Origin: Heptranchias perlo
Lineage: Eukaryota
Reading direction: 5' to 3'
Length of the DNA stretch: 64,000 bases
Assembly: GCF_035084215.1 (NCBI RefSeq)
Contig: NC_090366.1
Coordinates: 10,416,001 to 10,480,000, forward strand
Position numbers and translations under genes: made by a program. The notes under the pieces are model-generated. The model was not told the DNA's origin, searched no databases, and saw only the letters and a list, made by a program, of their open reading frames with translations. Each line of letters opens with the position of its first letter. The first letter of the stretch is position 1. Positions 24,185 through 37,549 of this stretch are shown one piece after another.

Positions 24185-24705
24185 TTCTTTCATGGGATGT
24201 GGGCGTCGCTGGCGAGGCCAGTATTTATTGCCCATCCCTAATTGCCCTTGAGAAGGTGGTGGTGAGCCGCCTTCTTGAGCCGCTGCAGTCCGTGTGGTGA
24301 CGGTTCTCCCACAGTGCTGTTAGGAAGGGAGTTCCAAGATTTTGACCCAGCGACAATGAAGTAAGGGCGAAATATTTCCAAGTCGGGATGGTGTGTGACT
24401 TGGAGGGGAAAGTGCAGGTGGTGTTGTTCCCATGTGCTTGCTGACCTTGACCTTTTCGGTGGTAGAGGTCGCGGGTTTGGGAGGTGCTGTCCAAGAAGCC
24501 TTGGCGAGTTGCTGCAGTGCATCCTGTGGATGGTTTACACCGCAGCCACGGTGCGCCAGTGGTGAAGGGAGTGAATGTTTAGGGTGGTGGAAGGGGTGCC
24601 AATCAAGCGGGCTGCTTTGTCCTGGATGGTGTCGAGCTTCTTGAGTGTTGTTGGAGCTGCACTCATCCGGGCAAGTGGAGAGTACTCCGTTACACTCTTG
24701 ACTTG
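24185..24705 (-). mobile_element. Non-LTR (CR1-superfamily) element 3' end, second family
   Basis: Same family as 10200-10682; GSKSWNSLPNSTVGEPSPHGLQRLKKAAHHHLL. Confidence 0.8.
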
Positions 24706-26086
24706 TGATAAGTCGTGATGTGATAAGTCGTGAAAAGTTGTGATGTGAAATGACCAACTACGTGCAAACTATTGGTTTAGTGGATTGGTTTCGACATCTC
24801 CAAGTCTCACGAAATCCGGATGATGAGCAAAAGAACATTAATCTATTGGCTGCACTTCGGAATGTGAAATCAATGATCAAAATGCACTGAAGAATGGGTA
24901 CTTCTCATGGTCAGACAGGCTCACAACTGACATGACATAGAGGGATGTTAGAATGGCTCCAGAGTGTCCTTGAGCAGAGACAACCATTCATGAACAAAGG
25001 TTAACTATGGAAATGTGTGAACCTGCCTTTATATTTAGAGCAGTCTTTGGGTCAGTGGAGATCCATCACAACAAATGCATTTTCTAAGTCAGGCAATGCA
25101 CACTTGATATGTGCAGTATTGCAAATGAATTCTGTTGAATTAATCTCCTATGTGAGCGTGTTCATTTCTGGTATCCATATTTGCTGATTACACAAACAAA
25201 AGCTAGAGTAGTCACTATCGCTATAAGACAAGCATAGCAACCCATGCAAATCGCAATATGTAAGCGATGCAGTTCTCCTATACCGTGTGTATAAATAAAA
25301 TATATTGCTCAACGTGCTCATGCCGGATCGGATTCTGATTAAGGTGTGATCGCATCGCAATTGAATATACGATTTTGCAACACAAACGAACAGCGTTCAT
25401 GCCCCATAAAATAGACCATTACAGTTATCAAGCAGAGGAACTTCATCTCACTCCGGTCACTTTGCTTTCAGAAGGACAATGTTGCTTTTGATTGCAACAT
25501 TCGTGTTGCGACGATATTGGGGTTGCATGTACTGGCCGCCGCACTGACCTCACCGGTCTGCAGGTATTTCAGTCAATTGGGATATAATCGAGACCTTTTC
25601 TGGTCGACATCTACTACCATATAAACTACACTGGTCGCCTACAGTGAACAACGGGGAGCAGATTTAATACAATTCTTCTTTTGGCACGTGAATGTGTAAT
25701 TAAAGCAGAGGTGAAGTTAGAATGTGCCTAGACTGCTTCCAGTTTTCTTATATAATCAAGCAGGTGAGTTTTCATATCACAGAACTTTAAGGCAGAAATA
25801 CCCGGTCATTTGGCCAATTGTGTCCGTGCGTTAAATGGTGGCATGATCCCAGCTGGACAAAGAGAAGAGTTTACCTGTGGTCGATCTTGGTTTATGTCAT
25901 GTGCATAACAGCAACACCATCCCAGCCCCCACCCCCGCCAAAAACACACACCTTGGAGTCAAACTTAGCCTTGAATTTTACCAAGTCTCAACTAAGCCTA
26001 GTTAACTCAGGTGTGTTGGTGCGAGGGACAGTGTGAACTCCGTGTCAGACAACTGTAAACTGTATAATAATACATTTTTCAGTAAT

Positions 26087-26092
26087 TTTATT
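26087..26092 (-). terminator. Putative poly(A) signal AATAAA for GPCR-1 (paralogs at 57476-57481 and 7783-7788)
   Basis: AATAAA about 290 nt 3' of the stop codon, retained in all three copies of the spacer block. Confidence 0.5.
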
Positions 26093-26382
26093 TGGAAATG
26101 TTGATGCTTTATCATTATGGACGTATTATCATGAAGACTACTTGGAACTGTATCCTCTTCAGCCTTCTATGAATAAGCCAATAATTAAGTCTGTTTGGCT
26201 GTTTTCTGTAATCGATCTTCAACTTGGTCTTTTTATTGAAGTCCACATACATTGAAATGCAAAGAGCCATTTGAATAATCACACATAAAACGTTTGAAGA
26301 TGGGCTAAATATTATTATTTCTGCAAGACGATATCTGGTATATGAACAGTTAAATAATAATACCAGCAAGCCCATATTTGCT

Positions 26383-29300
26383 CTATTTATCTAAAAACTT
26401 AACTATTTGATTCACCGGATATATCATCATTTTCTTCAACTCCTCTCTGAATTTAGTCTGAGTCACTGCATAAATAAAAGTGTTTGTGCAGCAGCTTAAA
26501 AGCAGGAGCATAAATCCAGTTTCTTGAAGTATATAAACTGGATCGTTATAACCTGTGTAAGAATATTTATTAGTAATTCGATAATACAAGTAATGGACTG
26601 TGTACGTCAGCCATAACAGTATAAAATTACCGGATATACTGAAGAGTAAAATTATGGATTTTCTCCTGTTCTCCATCTCAGCATCAGGTTTCCTTTCAGA
26701 GCTGGTGTTGCCCCGCAACGCCCTGCGGACTCTACTGGCCACTATTACATATCTCACGGTCAGAGCATTGAGTAGCAAAATAACAAAAAATGGGAGAAAA
26801 GGGGTCGCTATGCAGCCGAAATAAGAAAATGCTAACCATAGGCGTGAAGAATAAAAGCTTGATCTTATCCGGCAATACCACGGCAATTTGTTAATTGTAT
26901 ACAGAGGCTCATATACAAAGTACCAGGGGATGTTTTTTAAACAGCTCAGAGCAATCACCGTGCCTACAACCGCAACTGCTGTTTCCTTCGTACAATATTT
27001 GGTTTTCAGCTTCGGGCAACAAATGGCTGTAAAGCGATCAAAGGTGAAAGCGACTGTTAACCAGACAGAAAAGTCTCTGGTTGCATAAACTAGGGCGGTT
27101 TTGGTCCTACATATCGGAGTAAGCAACAGAAAATTTCCGGGAAAGTAAATGTCAATGATGCGATTGAGTATAACGCCAGTGACGACAACCAATAGATCCG
27201 CCGCTGCCATGCCCACCAGGTAGTGAGTGATACATTTGGAGAGACCGCACTTTCCTCGAGAGAGGATCACAATCGCCACGATGTTGACTGTAGGGGAGGG
27301 AAAGAAAGCAAGATAATTAATTCTTGGCAGACTTTAAGAGAAAGTATCAGTTTGCAACCATCACGTGTTCAACACAGCATTTTGATATTCCATTCCGCAT
27401 GGAAACAAAAAGCCAACGTTTCCTTGTAAATGTAGGTTGCAAATTGAAACAGTGTCTGCTGAAGCTCACTTTGTAGCACTCTCGCCTCTGAGTCAGAAAC
27501 TTGTGGTTTCATGTCCCGCTGCAAAGATGTGAGCCAACAATCTCAGTTAACACTTCAGTGCAGTACTGACGGAGGCGCCGTCTTTCAGACGAGACGTTAA
27601 ACCGACGCCTCCTCTGCCCTATCGGGTGAACGGAAACGATCCCATGGCAGTATTTCGAAGGGGCAGGTGAGTTCTCCCGGTGCCCTCGCCAATGTTTAGC
27701 CCACAACCAATATCGCTAACATCGATTATCTGGTCATTTATCACGGTGCTGTTCCTGGCACCTTGCTGTACGCGAATTGGCTGCAGAGCTTCCTACATTA
27801 CAACAGTGACTACATTACAAAAGTACTTCATTGGCTGTAAAATGTTTTTGGACACCATGAGTTCGTGATAGGCGCCATATTCTTTCCTTTCTTCTTAAAA
27901 TATATATTTAAAAAATATAGATGGGGTGGATTAATATAACATGACACTTAGAATTCGTAATAAGCAAGAGTGATCCGGAAATGAAATCTGGCACTGCAAA
28001 TGGACTGGACGTAAGTTTTAAAATCAATGTTAAAATGAATAATGATATGCCGAATTGAGTGCCATAAAATAAATTTGAATAAATCACTTTCAGATACATA
28101 ATAAAAAAACAACAATGAATCGGATTGAATGAAATATACATCTCGATCGTAAGCGAGTTTGGGATTAACAGGACTACCAATGAATAATAAATCGAGAAAA
28201 CCCCAATAATAACTGCAAACTTAATGAAGTACTGGCACCTAGAACCGCCGCTAACGCAGGCGATCCGACGTTTGGACGCTGGCGGATGGACTCAACAGAC
28301 TGAATTTGGTTCGTGGCTGGAGACGCGACGAGAAGGTTTTGGGATGACGGAAGCGCCGCTGACTGAGCAGCGGTGGTCCACATATTTCAGACATCATTGA
28401 TTATTCCAAGTGGAAAATCTGTTGGTCGTTCTCATTTTCGAACCATTTTTTTTATATGGGGGAGGGTGAGTTGGCGGGGGTGAACTTCGAATCATGTGAT
28501 GGCACCATCGATAACAACATGCACATTGCAAAAATAATAATTGGCGCTTGCAATTACACAAGTCGCCCAAATAGATCAAAGAATTCACCCAGTAAATTAC
28601 AGTTTGGACTGTAACGATTGTTACTTGTGCCGCAGCCAATTTGCGCATCTGAAATAGCGATCAGATGAAGGAGCAGGTCGCCTGCTCTGTCCGTGCAGTT
28701 GATTGAACAAAGTGATAGCAGGACTGACTCGGCGCTTGCCCGCGGCAACTAAATACTTTCCTCGCGTTTGTGATGAAATATTGTTACATTTAAAACAGTT
28801 TTTTTTTTCTCATTTCACTTCGCATTGCAATATATTTCAAATAATGCGGGGTCCATAGCAAGAATGGGAAATAGAAAGAGAGAGAGATAGAAATAAACAA
28901 CGAGGGACAGAGAAAGAAAGGGAGGCGTGAAATCGGAAGAGACGTGAAGAGAGGGGGGAAAGAAATCTATGGTAGGTGTCGGCAAATTAATGAGTATTCT
29001 ATACTTTTTAAAAATAATTATTAGAAATAATGATTGACATAGAAGCTAAAACAAGAACACATTTTACTTCAGATCTGCGGCAAATACAAATTTTCATGTT
29101 TTAATTATTCTCATTATTTTAGTAATTTACACCAATGACATGGGGGACGATTGAAAGCTCGCCAACCATTCACCTGGTTGGAGTTGAATCGTTAGCCTAC
29201 ATGGTGGAACAGTTCAAAGTTCCATATTCCTCACCCCCTACAATTGGACCGTGTATACGGATCTGTATCCAATGAAAAAAGCAAAGCTCAGTAATCTATC

Positions 29301-29647
29301 AACACATCTCGTGCCACCCCTCATTCTGGATACGAGGTAGTAAGTCGTTTCAAGAAAAATGTTTTAGAAATGCGGTATGTGTTGGAACGGAAATCATTAT
29401 AATTTGAAGAAAATATTATATGAATACGTAATATAAAGTTAGGATAGTTTAGCTATTGAGCGATTATTACAAAATGTGTTTAGCAAGCACACCCAGACCA
29501 TTAAGTTACCTGACGCGCAGCAAGAACAACGAAACAGGTTAACATAAGCTTTTACAACCGGCAATATTACCACTTACCTGGGACACCAACAGCAGCAAGA
29601 ATTGGATAGTAAATTGCATACACCTGACCAGTTACTGGCTCATGCAT
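26383..29647 (-). CDS. Rhodopsin-class orphan GPCR, GPR139-like family (GPCR-1, 324 aa, 2 exons)
   Basis: Exon 1 29578-29647 (MHEPVTGQVYAIYYPILAAVGVP, donor G|GTAAGT) + exon 2 26383-27287 (acceptor cctacag). Seven hydrophobic segments; MAAADLL (TM2), TVAFTFDRF (TM3), ENRRKSIILL, CCTNTFIY (TM7), KFREEL (helix 8). Confidence 0.9.
27460..27890 (+). mobile_element. tRNA-derived SINE (DeuSINE/SacSINE1-like) in GPCR-1 intron
   Basis: GCACTCTCGCCTCTGAGTCAGAA...GTGCAGTACTGA...GTCTTTCAGACGAGACGTTAAACCGA; 3' TACTTCATTGGCTGTAAA. Family assignment is from recall. An internally deleted copy occupies the same position in the GPCR-3 intron (about 58980-59300); another copy lies at about 43400-43740 (-). 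Confidence 0.65.
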
Positions 29648-29699
29648 TTTTTTGACAGAAGCAATTACATCTCAACTGCCTCAACACATCGCTTGCGGT

Positions 29700-29790
29700 A
29701 TAGTCAATATATAGATCATGGAAGCCTCCAGTGACACAATTAGGTAACATAATTACTGATGTTAGTTCCCCTCGTTTGCACAAACAAACG
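29700..29790 (-). promoter_or_regulatory. Putative GPCR-1 proximal promoter (TATATA 29708-29713; conserved 26-mer 29739-29764)
   Basis: Near-invariant relative to 61560-61650 upstream of GPCR-3, after which homology stops. GPCR-2 has TATAAA at 36069-36074 and a degenerate motif at about 36119-36145. Confidence 0.55.
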
Positions 29791-30494
29791 GAATCAGGTG
29801 CTTGATAGGATAATATCGAACAGATTAATTTCCAGGGTAATGTTTTCAAGTTCTAAATGTGATGACCGTCCTCTGTCAATTCAACAACTGAATTCCAAGA
29901 ATTTCATTTAGCTTTTCGCACTTGAGCAATCGCATGTAACTCAAATGTTTTAAATGTGGTTGAGTTTCTCTCTTGGAATAAGGAATTTGATTGTGGGTGG
30001 ATTTAATTTCCATTTGGCGTTTAATCGTTTAATCGCCCTTTCTAGTTCGGTGCACAAAACAGTGATAAGAATCAAGAACCCCCCTTAACTGTTTCTCTTC
30101 CTGGTCAGCAAGCTCTAATAATATCAGATCAGTAAAGAGACATAGGCTGTAATTGATGCCATCCATACATAGCTTTATTTCGGAACAGTGCAATCTGTGT
30201 TAGGTGCACATGGAATATTGAATTAGATATTTCGGAGTATGAGGCAATACTATTGAGGAACATTCTCAATCTACCTGGAGTACAGTGACAGCAATAGAGC
30301 TTTGATTAAAAATGATAGAATGACGATCCTGTTCAGCACAATGAGGAGCCACTCGGCCCGCCCTGGCTTTGCTGGCTCTCTGAAAGACTCAAACCCATTG
30401 ACTTGCCATTTCCCCTTGGTTTATTCCGTTCATCCTCAAGTACGGAAACGCTTCCTTATTAAAATCTAATAGGGATTCTGCTTCCCCCAATGTT

Positions 30495-31230
30495 CTCATC
30501 CACAGATGCATCTGCAATAGGTAGATTAGTGAGAAAGAGATCAAGTAGGTTATTATCTCATGTTGGTTCCGCACCACCTGTTGCAAGCCCAATCTGGCAG
30601 CAACGTCCATGGACTCGTCCATCTCGGTCAGCGGTTCAACTGCCGAGCGATCTTGGTGATGGGCATTGAATTCTCCCACTAGAGTACGTTTGTGCCCTTT
30701 CTACCCTCAGTACCTCCAGCAAGATTTGTTCAACATGGAAGAGCACTGATTCATCAGCTGAGGGAGAGTAATCAGCAGGAGGTTTCCTTGCCCATGTTTG
30801 AGCTGAAGCGATGAGTCTTTGTGGGTTCCAGAGGCAATGTTGAGGACAACCAGGGCCACACCCAAGCGGCCGTATATTACTGTGCCTCCGTTTCTGATGG
30901 GTCTGTAGTGTCAATGGGACAGGAAATGCCCAGGGATAGCGATAGGGATTTTGGGAGATTGGCTGATAGATGTGATTCTATGAGTATGATGATGTCTGGC
31001 GGTTGCTTGACAAGTCTATGAAACAGCTCCCCCAGCTTTGGCACTAAGCCCCACATGTTAGGAAGGAAGATTTTGCAAGACAACAAGTCTCGGTATGCCT
31101 GCATCGTGTTCTGATTCATTGCCTAGGTTAGAGTGGAGTGGTCCACCCGGTTTTATTCTTCTTATTCTTTGTAGAGGTTCGGTACAACTGAGTGGCTTTC
31201 TAGGCCACTTCATAGGGTGGTGAAGATTCA
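30495..31230 (-). mobile_element. Degenerate non-LTR element, AP-endonuclease region
   Basis: NMWGLVPKLGELFHRLVKQPPDIIILIESHL and GEFNAHH in broken frames. Confidence 0.65.
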
Positions 31231-33009
31231 ACCATGTAGGGGATATGTGGCATGTTTATCCTTCTCAAATGTTATCAAAGTGATTTGAGATCTCCAAATG
31301 GTTTTTGATAACAACATTAAAAAACGCCTCGTGTATGCACAAATCGTCCTATGTAATTATCTTGGAGGGTTTGATGACCAAATAAGTTGTTGACTTCCAT
31401 GGTATCCTGTCAAAGTGCAGCTTTATTTCCAAAGCTGTTCCCTTCTATGCGATGCTTAAAGCATTAATTATTGTTGGGCCATGATTCCATAACCACTATG
31501 TAAAGTTTAAGTTCCAACTAAGACGAAGTGTGACAATTTGGAGGGACTTTTCATTGAGATGTCTAATTGTGCTGCCAAACAACATATACAAACAAATACA
31601 CGCAACCACGCAATTTGCTGCAGATCGCAATGAATACAAATCAACAGCAAGAAGTCTGGCTGAATCTCTGCTCCTCTTTTGTGGGAATCCTGGGCAATAA
31701 TAATAACCCCTCAACCACCCTCGCGGAGATGAGGAAAGCAGGATAGACGAGGAAACGATTCTGGGAATTCCCTAACCTGTGATATAATTTATCTTTATTC
31801 CGTTGTAAAGAAAAGCAACCCAGCATAAACTAATGTCTCAATCTGTTTGTTCAAGTGACTGGAGGCAATTAACGATATGAAGTTAATGGAAAGAAAAATT
31901 GGGAAAGGGGTATGACGGGCACCGGATCCGATAACTTTCGTTTTACACTATCGCCAAAAGTTAAACTTTTCCCCATGCTTGGTGTAACAGTCAAATGATC
32001 CCTGACATACACTTGAAGGTAGTCTCAAGTGAGATCATTAGGTAACATAATTACTGATGTTATTTAGTGACTTGTTAAAATTGGAACAGATGTTTTCATT
32101 CATCTTATTTTCAATTCAAGTAGATACATTTCAATGATTAAAGACACAATCAAAGTTTATTAAAGCATTGTTCATGGGCTCGTCAGAGCGGGAAAGGTCA
32201 TGGTTTAATTCCATCTTGTACTGAGATCGTTGATCTCGGCCAGTTGCGCTTATATGTTAGCAGAGCAATATGGTGGAATGCTCCTTGTACTTTGGTCGAC
32301 ATTCCTCCAGCAACTAATACCAAGTAAATAAAGGAGCACATTGTTCAACAGATTATTTCATTGCAACTTAGATACTTTAACCTGCCATGGTTGCCTGATT
32401 TCCACAGTTATTACTAGTTAAGGCATGTGCTAGTCGAGAAATAAGCATCATTCCGGGACTGCCCGGATTAACTATCTTTTTGCCAACGGAAATCCTATTG
32501 AATCAGTTCATCCCCCAGAATGAGAAGGTCATTTCAATTATCGTTAACAAGAAGGAAGTGACGAGAATAAAACCACCATTTGCAAAGATGGAAGCTACGG
32601 TGATTACTTTCAAAGCAAATGTATGGTCCATTCGATCTAACGATGAAAGGTAGTTGTTTCATTCATTTAAAGAAGCAGACAAAATCACAGATTTTTAAGA
32701 AACAATATGACAAGCCCCTTTTTAAATGGGGGCGGGTGAAACTGGTCTTCCAGGACAGCGCAAAGGGGCAACAGCCAATCGGCAGGGCACCTTACTGCAC
32801 GCCCAATTTTATTTTCCATTGAAGTCAAATCAAATGAAAAGAAGCGATGGATCGCAATGTAAAACTGCCTAACGATTCGCAGTCTTCCGTTTTGCGCCTT
32901 TGCGGAAGATCAATTTCGGCGTCAGTACACTGAGTGAGGCAAGAGTTAAATAACGGCCTGTTCATGTCAAAAGTATGAGAATCATATACATAGCTGAGGA
33001 ACAAAAACA

Positions 33010-33545
33010 ACGACAATTTGAATTTACATAGCGCCTAAGGCGCTTCACAGAAGCGTTTATCAAACAAAATTTGACACCAAGCCAAATATGTAGATATTAG
33101 GACAGGTGACCAACAAGATGGTCAAAGTAGCAGGTTTTAAGGCACGTCTCGGAGAAGAATACAGAGGTGGAGAGGCGGAGAGGTTTAGGCGGGTAATTCC
33201 AGACCTTAGCTCCTGGACGGCTGAAGGCATGGCCGGCAATAGTGAGGGGATGAAAATCGGGGATGTGCAAGAGACTAGTATTGGTGGAACGCACAGTTAT
33301 TTGAGGTTTGACGGGATGGAGGAGGTTACAGAGATGGGGAGGGGCGAGGCCAGGGAGGGATTTGAATACGCGGATGAGACTTTTTCAATCCAGGCATTGC
33401 TGCACTGGGACCCAGTTTAATCGCACCGGGGTGATGAGTGAAATGGACTTGGTGCGAGTTAGGACACGGGTAGCAGAGCTTTGGATGAGCTCCAGATTAC
33501 GGAGGATGCAAGATAGGAGGCCGGCCAGGAGAACACTGGAATAGT
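33010..33545 (-). mobile_element. L2-clade LINE 3' fragment
   Basis: DYSSVLLAGL...LELIQSSATRVLTRTK...ITPV..L.W.PV and AFSRPGAKVWN.PP in minus frames. Confidence 0.75.
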
Positions 33546-33927
33546 CATAAAACATGTTTTTATTTGAATTGAGCTGCCAAACTTTGCCCTTAAACCAACT
33601 ACCTTCCAACAAACAACATGGAGTTGCAACATTTGTGGTAAGTTAAACTGGGACGTGAATTGAGAGAATGAACCTGATGTCAAACCTTATTTGTCAGGTG
33701 CGCAAGGTATTGTAATTAGCAGTAAAGATATTTCTATCATTATCCCATATAGATAATCAACCAAATATTCAATAGTAATCTATGCTAATAAGGAACGTTT
33801 TGCAGACGTGAAAAAGGGACAACGCAATGGACGGATGAAACAAAAGAGTGAGAACGAATAACTAATTGTCAGCCCGTTTTACACGCTGCCTGATTCTCTT
33901 CTTCATTCACTTCAATGCCGTTATTTT

Positions 33928-35988
33928 TCAGGGTTTAAATAGTTTAACAATTCGTGTGAACGGATATATAAGGATGTTTTTCATCTCCTCTCTGAATTTG
34001 GCCTGGATGACTGCGTAAATACAAGTATTGGTGGAACAACTCAAAAGGAGAAGCATATATCCGGCTTCTTGAAAGATAAAAATAGGGTTGGATGATGTGT
34101 AAAAATAAGTGTTCGTAATTCGAGCAAAGATAAAATGTGCGACGAATGTCAACCACAAGAGGATTAGATTGCCGGATATAGCAAGAAGTAAAATGATGGA
34201 TTGTCTTCTGTTTTCTATTTCAGGATCATTGCCATCTTCAGAACTTTTCTTGCCTCGGAGTGCCCTTCGGATTCTATTGGAGATCAAAATATGTCTTACA
34301 GTAAATACATTGAAGAGTAAAATCAAAAATATTGGAATAAAAGGGGTACCGATAAGGTTAACCAAAGCAAATGCTATCCATGGGGGTGACGTATAGAAGT
34401 TAGATTTGAAGTTGCAGTACCAGGGAACATTGTTAACAAGATAGGCAGGTTCAAGGGAAAAGTACCAGGGGATGTTTCGCAAAATGCTCACGATAAATAC
34501 CAATCCTATAACCACAGCTGCCGTTCTCTCGGTGCAATATTTGGTTTTCAGCTTTTGACAACAAATGGCGACAGAGCGATCAAAGGTGAAAGCCACCGTT
34601 AACCAAACAGAACTGTCTTTGGCGGCATAAAGTAGGACAGTCTTGAGACTGCACACCGGAGTGATGGACAGGAAGCTGGCAGGAAAATAAACGGCAATGA
34701 TCCGATTCAATATCACACTAGTGAGAACGACCAACAGATCCGCTACAGCCATGGCCACCAGGTAGTAAGTGATGCATTTGGAGAGACCGCACTTGCCCCG
34801 GCACAGGATTACAATCGCCACTGCATTCGCTGAAAAGAGAGAAAGTATCGAGAAATTAATGGGCAGACATGCCAATGGAAATGATTCCAAACGTTATCAT
34901 CAGTTTTGCACGATCGTACAAAGTCAAAATTACTCCCATTACCTCTTGACTTTGTGCGATAGTGGAAGACGGGTGATGGTGAGTGGGCAGCAGGTTTTAC
35001 ATCACGTTTTATGCGTTTTATTCTATCGCACAAAGTCACGATCTACCCCATTGAAACACTGAAACGACTGTAAAGTAACATGTTCTTATTTTAAGGGGAA
35101 AAACATGCTTATCCAGTATTTAAAGTTTCAAAAGATATTGATCATGAAAACCCGTTCTGTTTAATAATTAAGGTCAGAAAGAATTACACATATTACTATA
35201 AACAGAATCAGTTATTGAGTTATTTTGCTATTGGCAGAAACCGCAGACGCTCGGTCAGGAAGCACAAATCTTCCTACCTATGAAAAGTAAATACTTCATT
35301 AAATTTTATTGGGAAGCAATGAACAAAAATAAATGCGTCTCGAGAAAACAAAAAATATCTGATTTGCAACACACAAAAGAAAATTCTTATTCTGTTTGCT
35401 AAGCTAGTGTTCTGATAATATGATTTCTAGTCTTTTGTTCATCGACAAGGGTCAGGTAATATGTTCTCTATTGGACCGACGAGCAATGTCAATAGAATAA
35501 TATATTGGCGACAAATTTAAAGTTAGGATAATTATCGCATGAACGGCTTCTATTGATGAGGTGACTCTGCAGGAAAGATATCAACTCACTGGTGTTGCAT
35601 TCATGAAGAAAAATTAAACACCATAGGAATATCGGGACAGAAGTAGGCTATTCTGCCCCTTGAGCATGTTCCACCATTTTATTAGCTCATGGCTGACCGA
35701 CGTGTTAATTCCATCTACCCGCCATGGTTCCGTAGCCCTTAAAACACCTTGACTAACAAAAATCAATCAATCTCAGTTTTGAAAATTTCATTTGCTGTCG
35801 CCATTTGAGGGAAAGAGTTCAGATTTCCACCATCCGTTGTCGTGAAGAAGTGTTTCGTGACTTCATCCCTTCCTGACCAGTTTCGGTAAGGAAAACAATG
35901 AGAACATTAATGACTTACCCGGAACACCAACAGCACCAAGAATTAGATAGTAGATCGTATACACTTGGCCACTTACTGGCTCATGCAT
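33928..35988 (-). CDS. Rhodopsin-class orphan GPCR, GPR139-like family (GPCR-2, 323 aa, 2 exons)
   Basis: Exon 1 35919-35988 (MHEPVSGQVYTIYYLILGAVGVP) + exon 2 33928-34829 (acceptor cttttcag|CG AAT GCA). The ORF-track N-terminus MESFPL... is intronic. Motifs MAVADLL, TFDRSVAICC, STNTCIY, KFREEM. Confidence 0.9.
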
Positions 35989-37549
35989 TTTCTGCCAGAA
36001 GCGAGAATATCTGTTCGTGCTGAAGACAAGGACTCCGGCACATGCAATGTGATAGAGTCAGGGGATCCTTTATATGATCTGCAGAGAATCCTCCCCCCTC
36101 CCTCCCCCCAGTACAACTATTGGGTAACTGCATTGCTTGTTAGTTACAGTCATTTGAACAAACACCTGAGGCAGGTGGGTTCGTTCCAATTACTTGAAAT
36201 TACTTTGAAATTAATGAATTAATTTAAATACCTGTTGAAAGTTTGTAAATCCATGGTCTATGAGCTATGCAGACCAAGGTCTCAGGTTTGATTCCCGCTT
36301 GATGTTGAATTATCTGATACCAACCGTGTTGGTGGCAGGACACTCTAGCTCACTTAGGTAAGAAAAACAGAACAATCAAGTAGGATTCTGGTCCCTGACA
36401 GTTATTCAGGAAGAGGATTGGGAGAAGAGGGTGAAAGAGAACGTGATAACTGGAAAAGGGGGCGACCAGGAGGGGGCAATCAGTAGGTGGTCGGGTTGAT
36501 CAGGATGGATGTCGAAGTACAGATCGGAATGGGGTTTGAGGCAGCTGTCGGAAGGGGGCCCGTGCTTTTAGTGTGGAACTGGGAGGTGCACTCCTGCCCC
36601 GACCAGTTTCATTTTCAGATAATAATTTTTAAAAGCCTCGCTTTTTGGTGGCTGCATGAAGCAGTCCTTTAAGTACTGCTGGTTAGGCTGCATGTACACC
36701 GAGTTCTCCTGAGAGGGCAGTGCAGGGGGCAAAACCAATTTAGAAAAGTATCCATCAAACAGGCCCCTTATTTGCAAATGCAAAGCGCCCAATGCCTCCC
36801 AGATGACTGTTTTGATGTCGATTCTAATATCGTGGTCTGTGCTCAGAACGTGTGTGCGCACGCTGCCCGCCATATTGAAAACCTTTGATAACACTTCTAC
36901 GCTTGTGAAGCATGCGAGAGGCCATCGAATTTCGAGCCAACACTGTTCACTACCCAAAGGCGTGCGTGAGCACATCAGCCAAGTAACTAACTCTGAAGAG
37001 CAGGCCCCGGTTTTAACGTAAGAATTGAAATGGTGCGGCAAAACTGAAAGCGGAATGGCAAATTAGGAAAAGCCATAAGAAGGTGTCAGTGAAATGGAGG
37101 TTGAAAAATAAAGTGGATGGAAGAAAAAGGTGCGGAAAGAAATGCGCTTGAATTTAGGAGCATCAAGCACCGGCATGAGAAAGATCTAGGGTTTAAAATG
37201 AGTCAAATAGATTGCCGTTCTTAGCCAAAACGCATGTTTGTGCAGTATGAATTGATTCATTGCTTGCTTTACATTAGCATGTGCAGCAGTGGGCAAAAGG
37301 GGTAAAGCAAACTGAGCCATGACTCGGATTCAAACCGCGATCACTTCCACCACATCTCAAAGTATGAACCCCTATCAGATTAAAGTGCCACACATCGGTC
37401 GTGCCTGTCCCACTAAAGAAAATCCTGTAGAAAATGTTGCTCCTCCCCCCCGCTGACGCGCCCCTCCCACTAAGGACTTGCCCCTCGTCCCCACACGGAC
37501 ACGCCCATCGACCGACTCCACACTGCAAATGAGCCGACCATTCTCCCCA

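Larger units (their letters stand above)
22200..29790. repeat. Segmental duplication: spacer + GPCR-1, collinear with about 53390-61650 (spacer + GPCR-3)
   Basis: Homologous non-coding blocks 22200-23260/53395-55125, 24960-26097/55710-57482, GPCR exons, intron segments and promoter. Confidence 0.88.

Noticed and set aside
34830-34890. ORF-track start of GPCR-2 (MESFPL...) and the single-exon starts of GPCR-1 and -3
   Set aside because: Each gene has a conserved 70-nt first exon upstream and a proper acceptor; the ORF-track starts are intronic or internal.
36568-37041. 157-aa minus-strand ORF upstream of GPCR-2
   Set aside because: No recognisable domain or splice context; likely a chance ORF in repeat-derived sequence.
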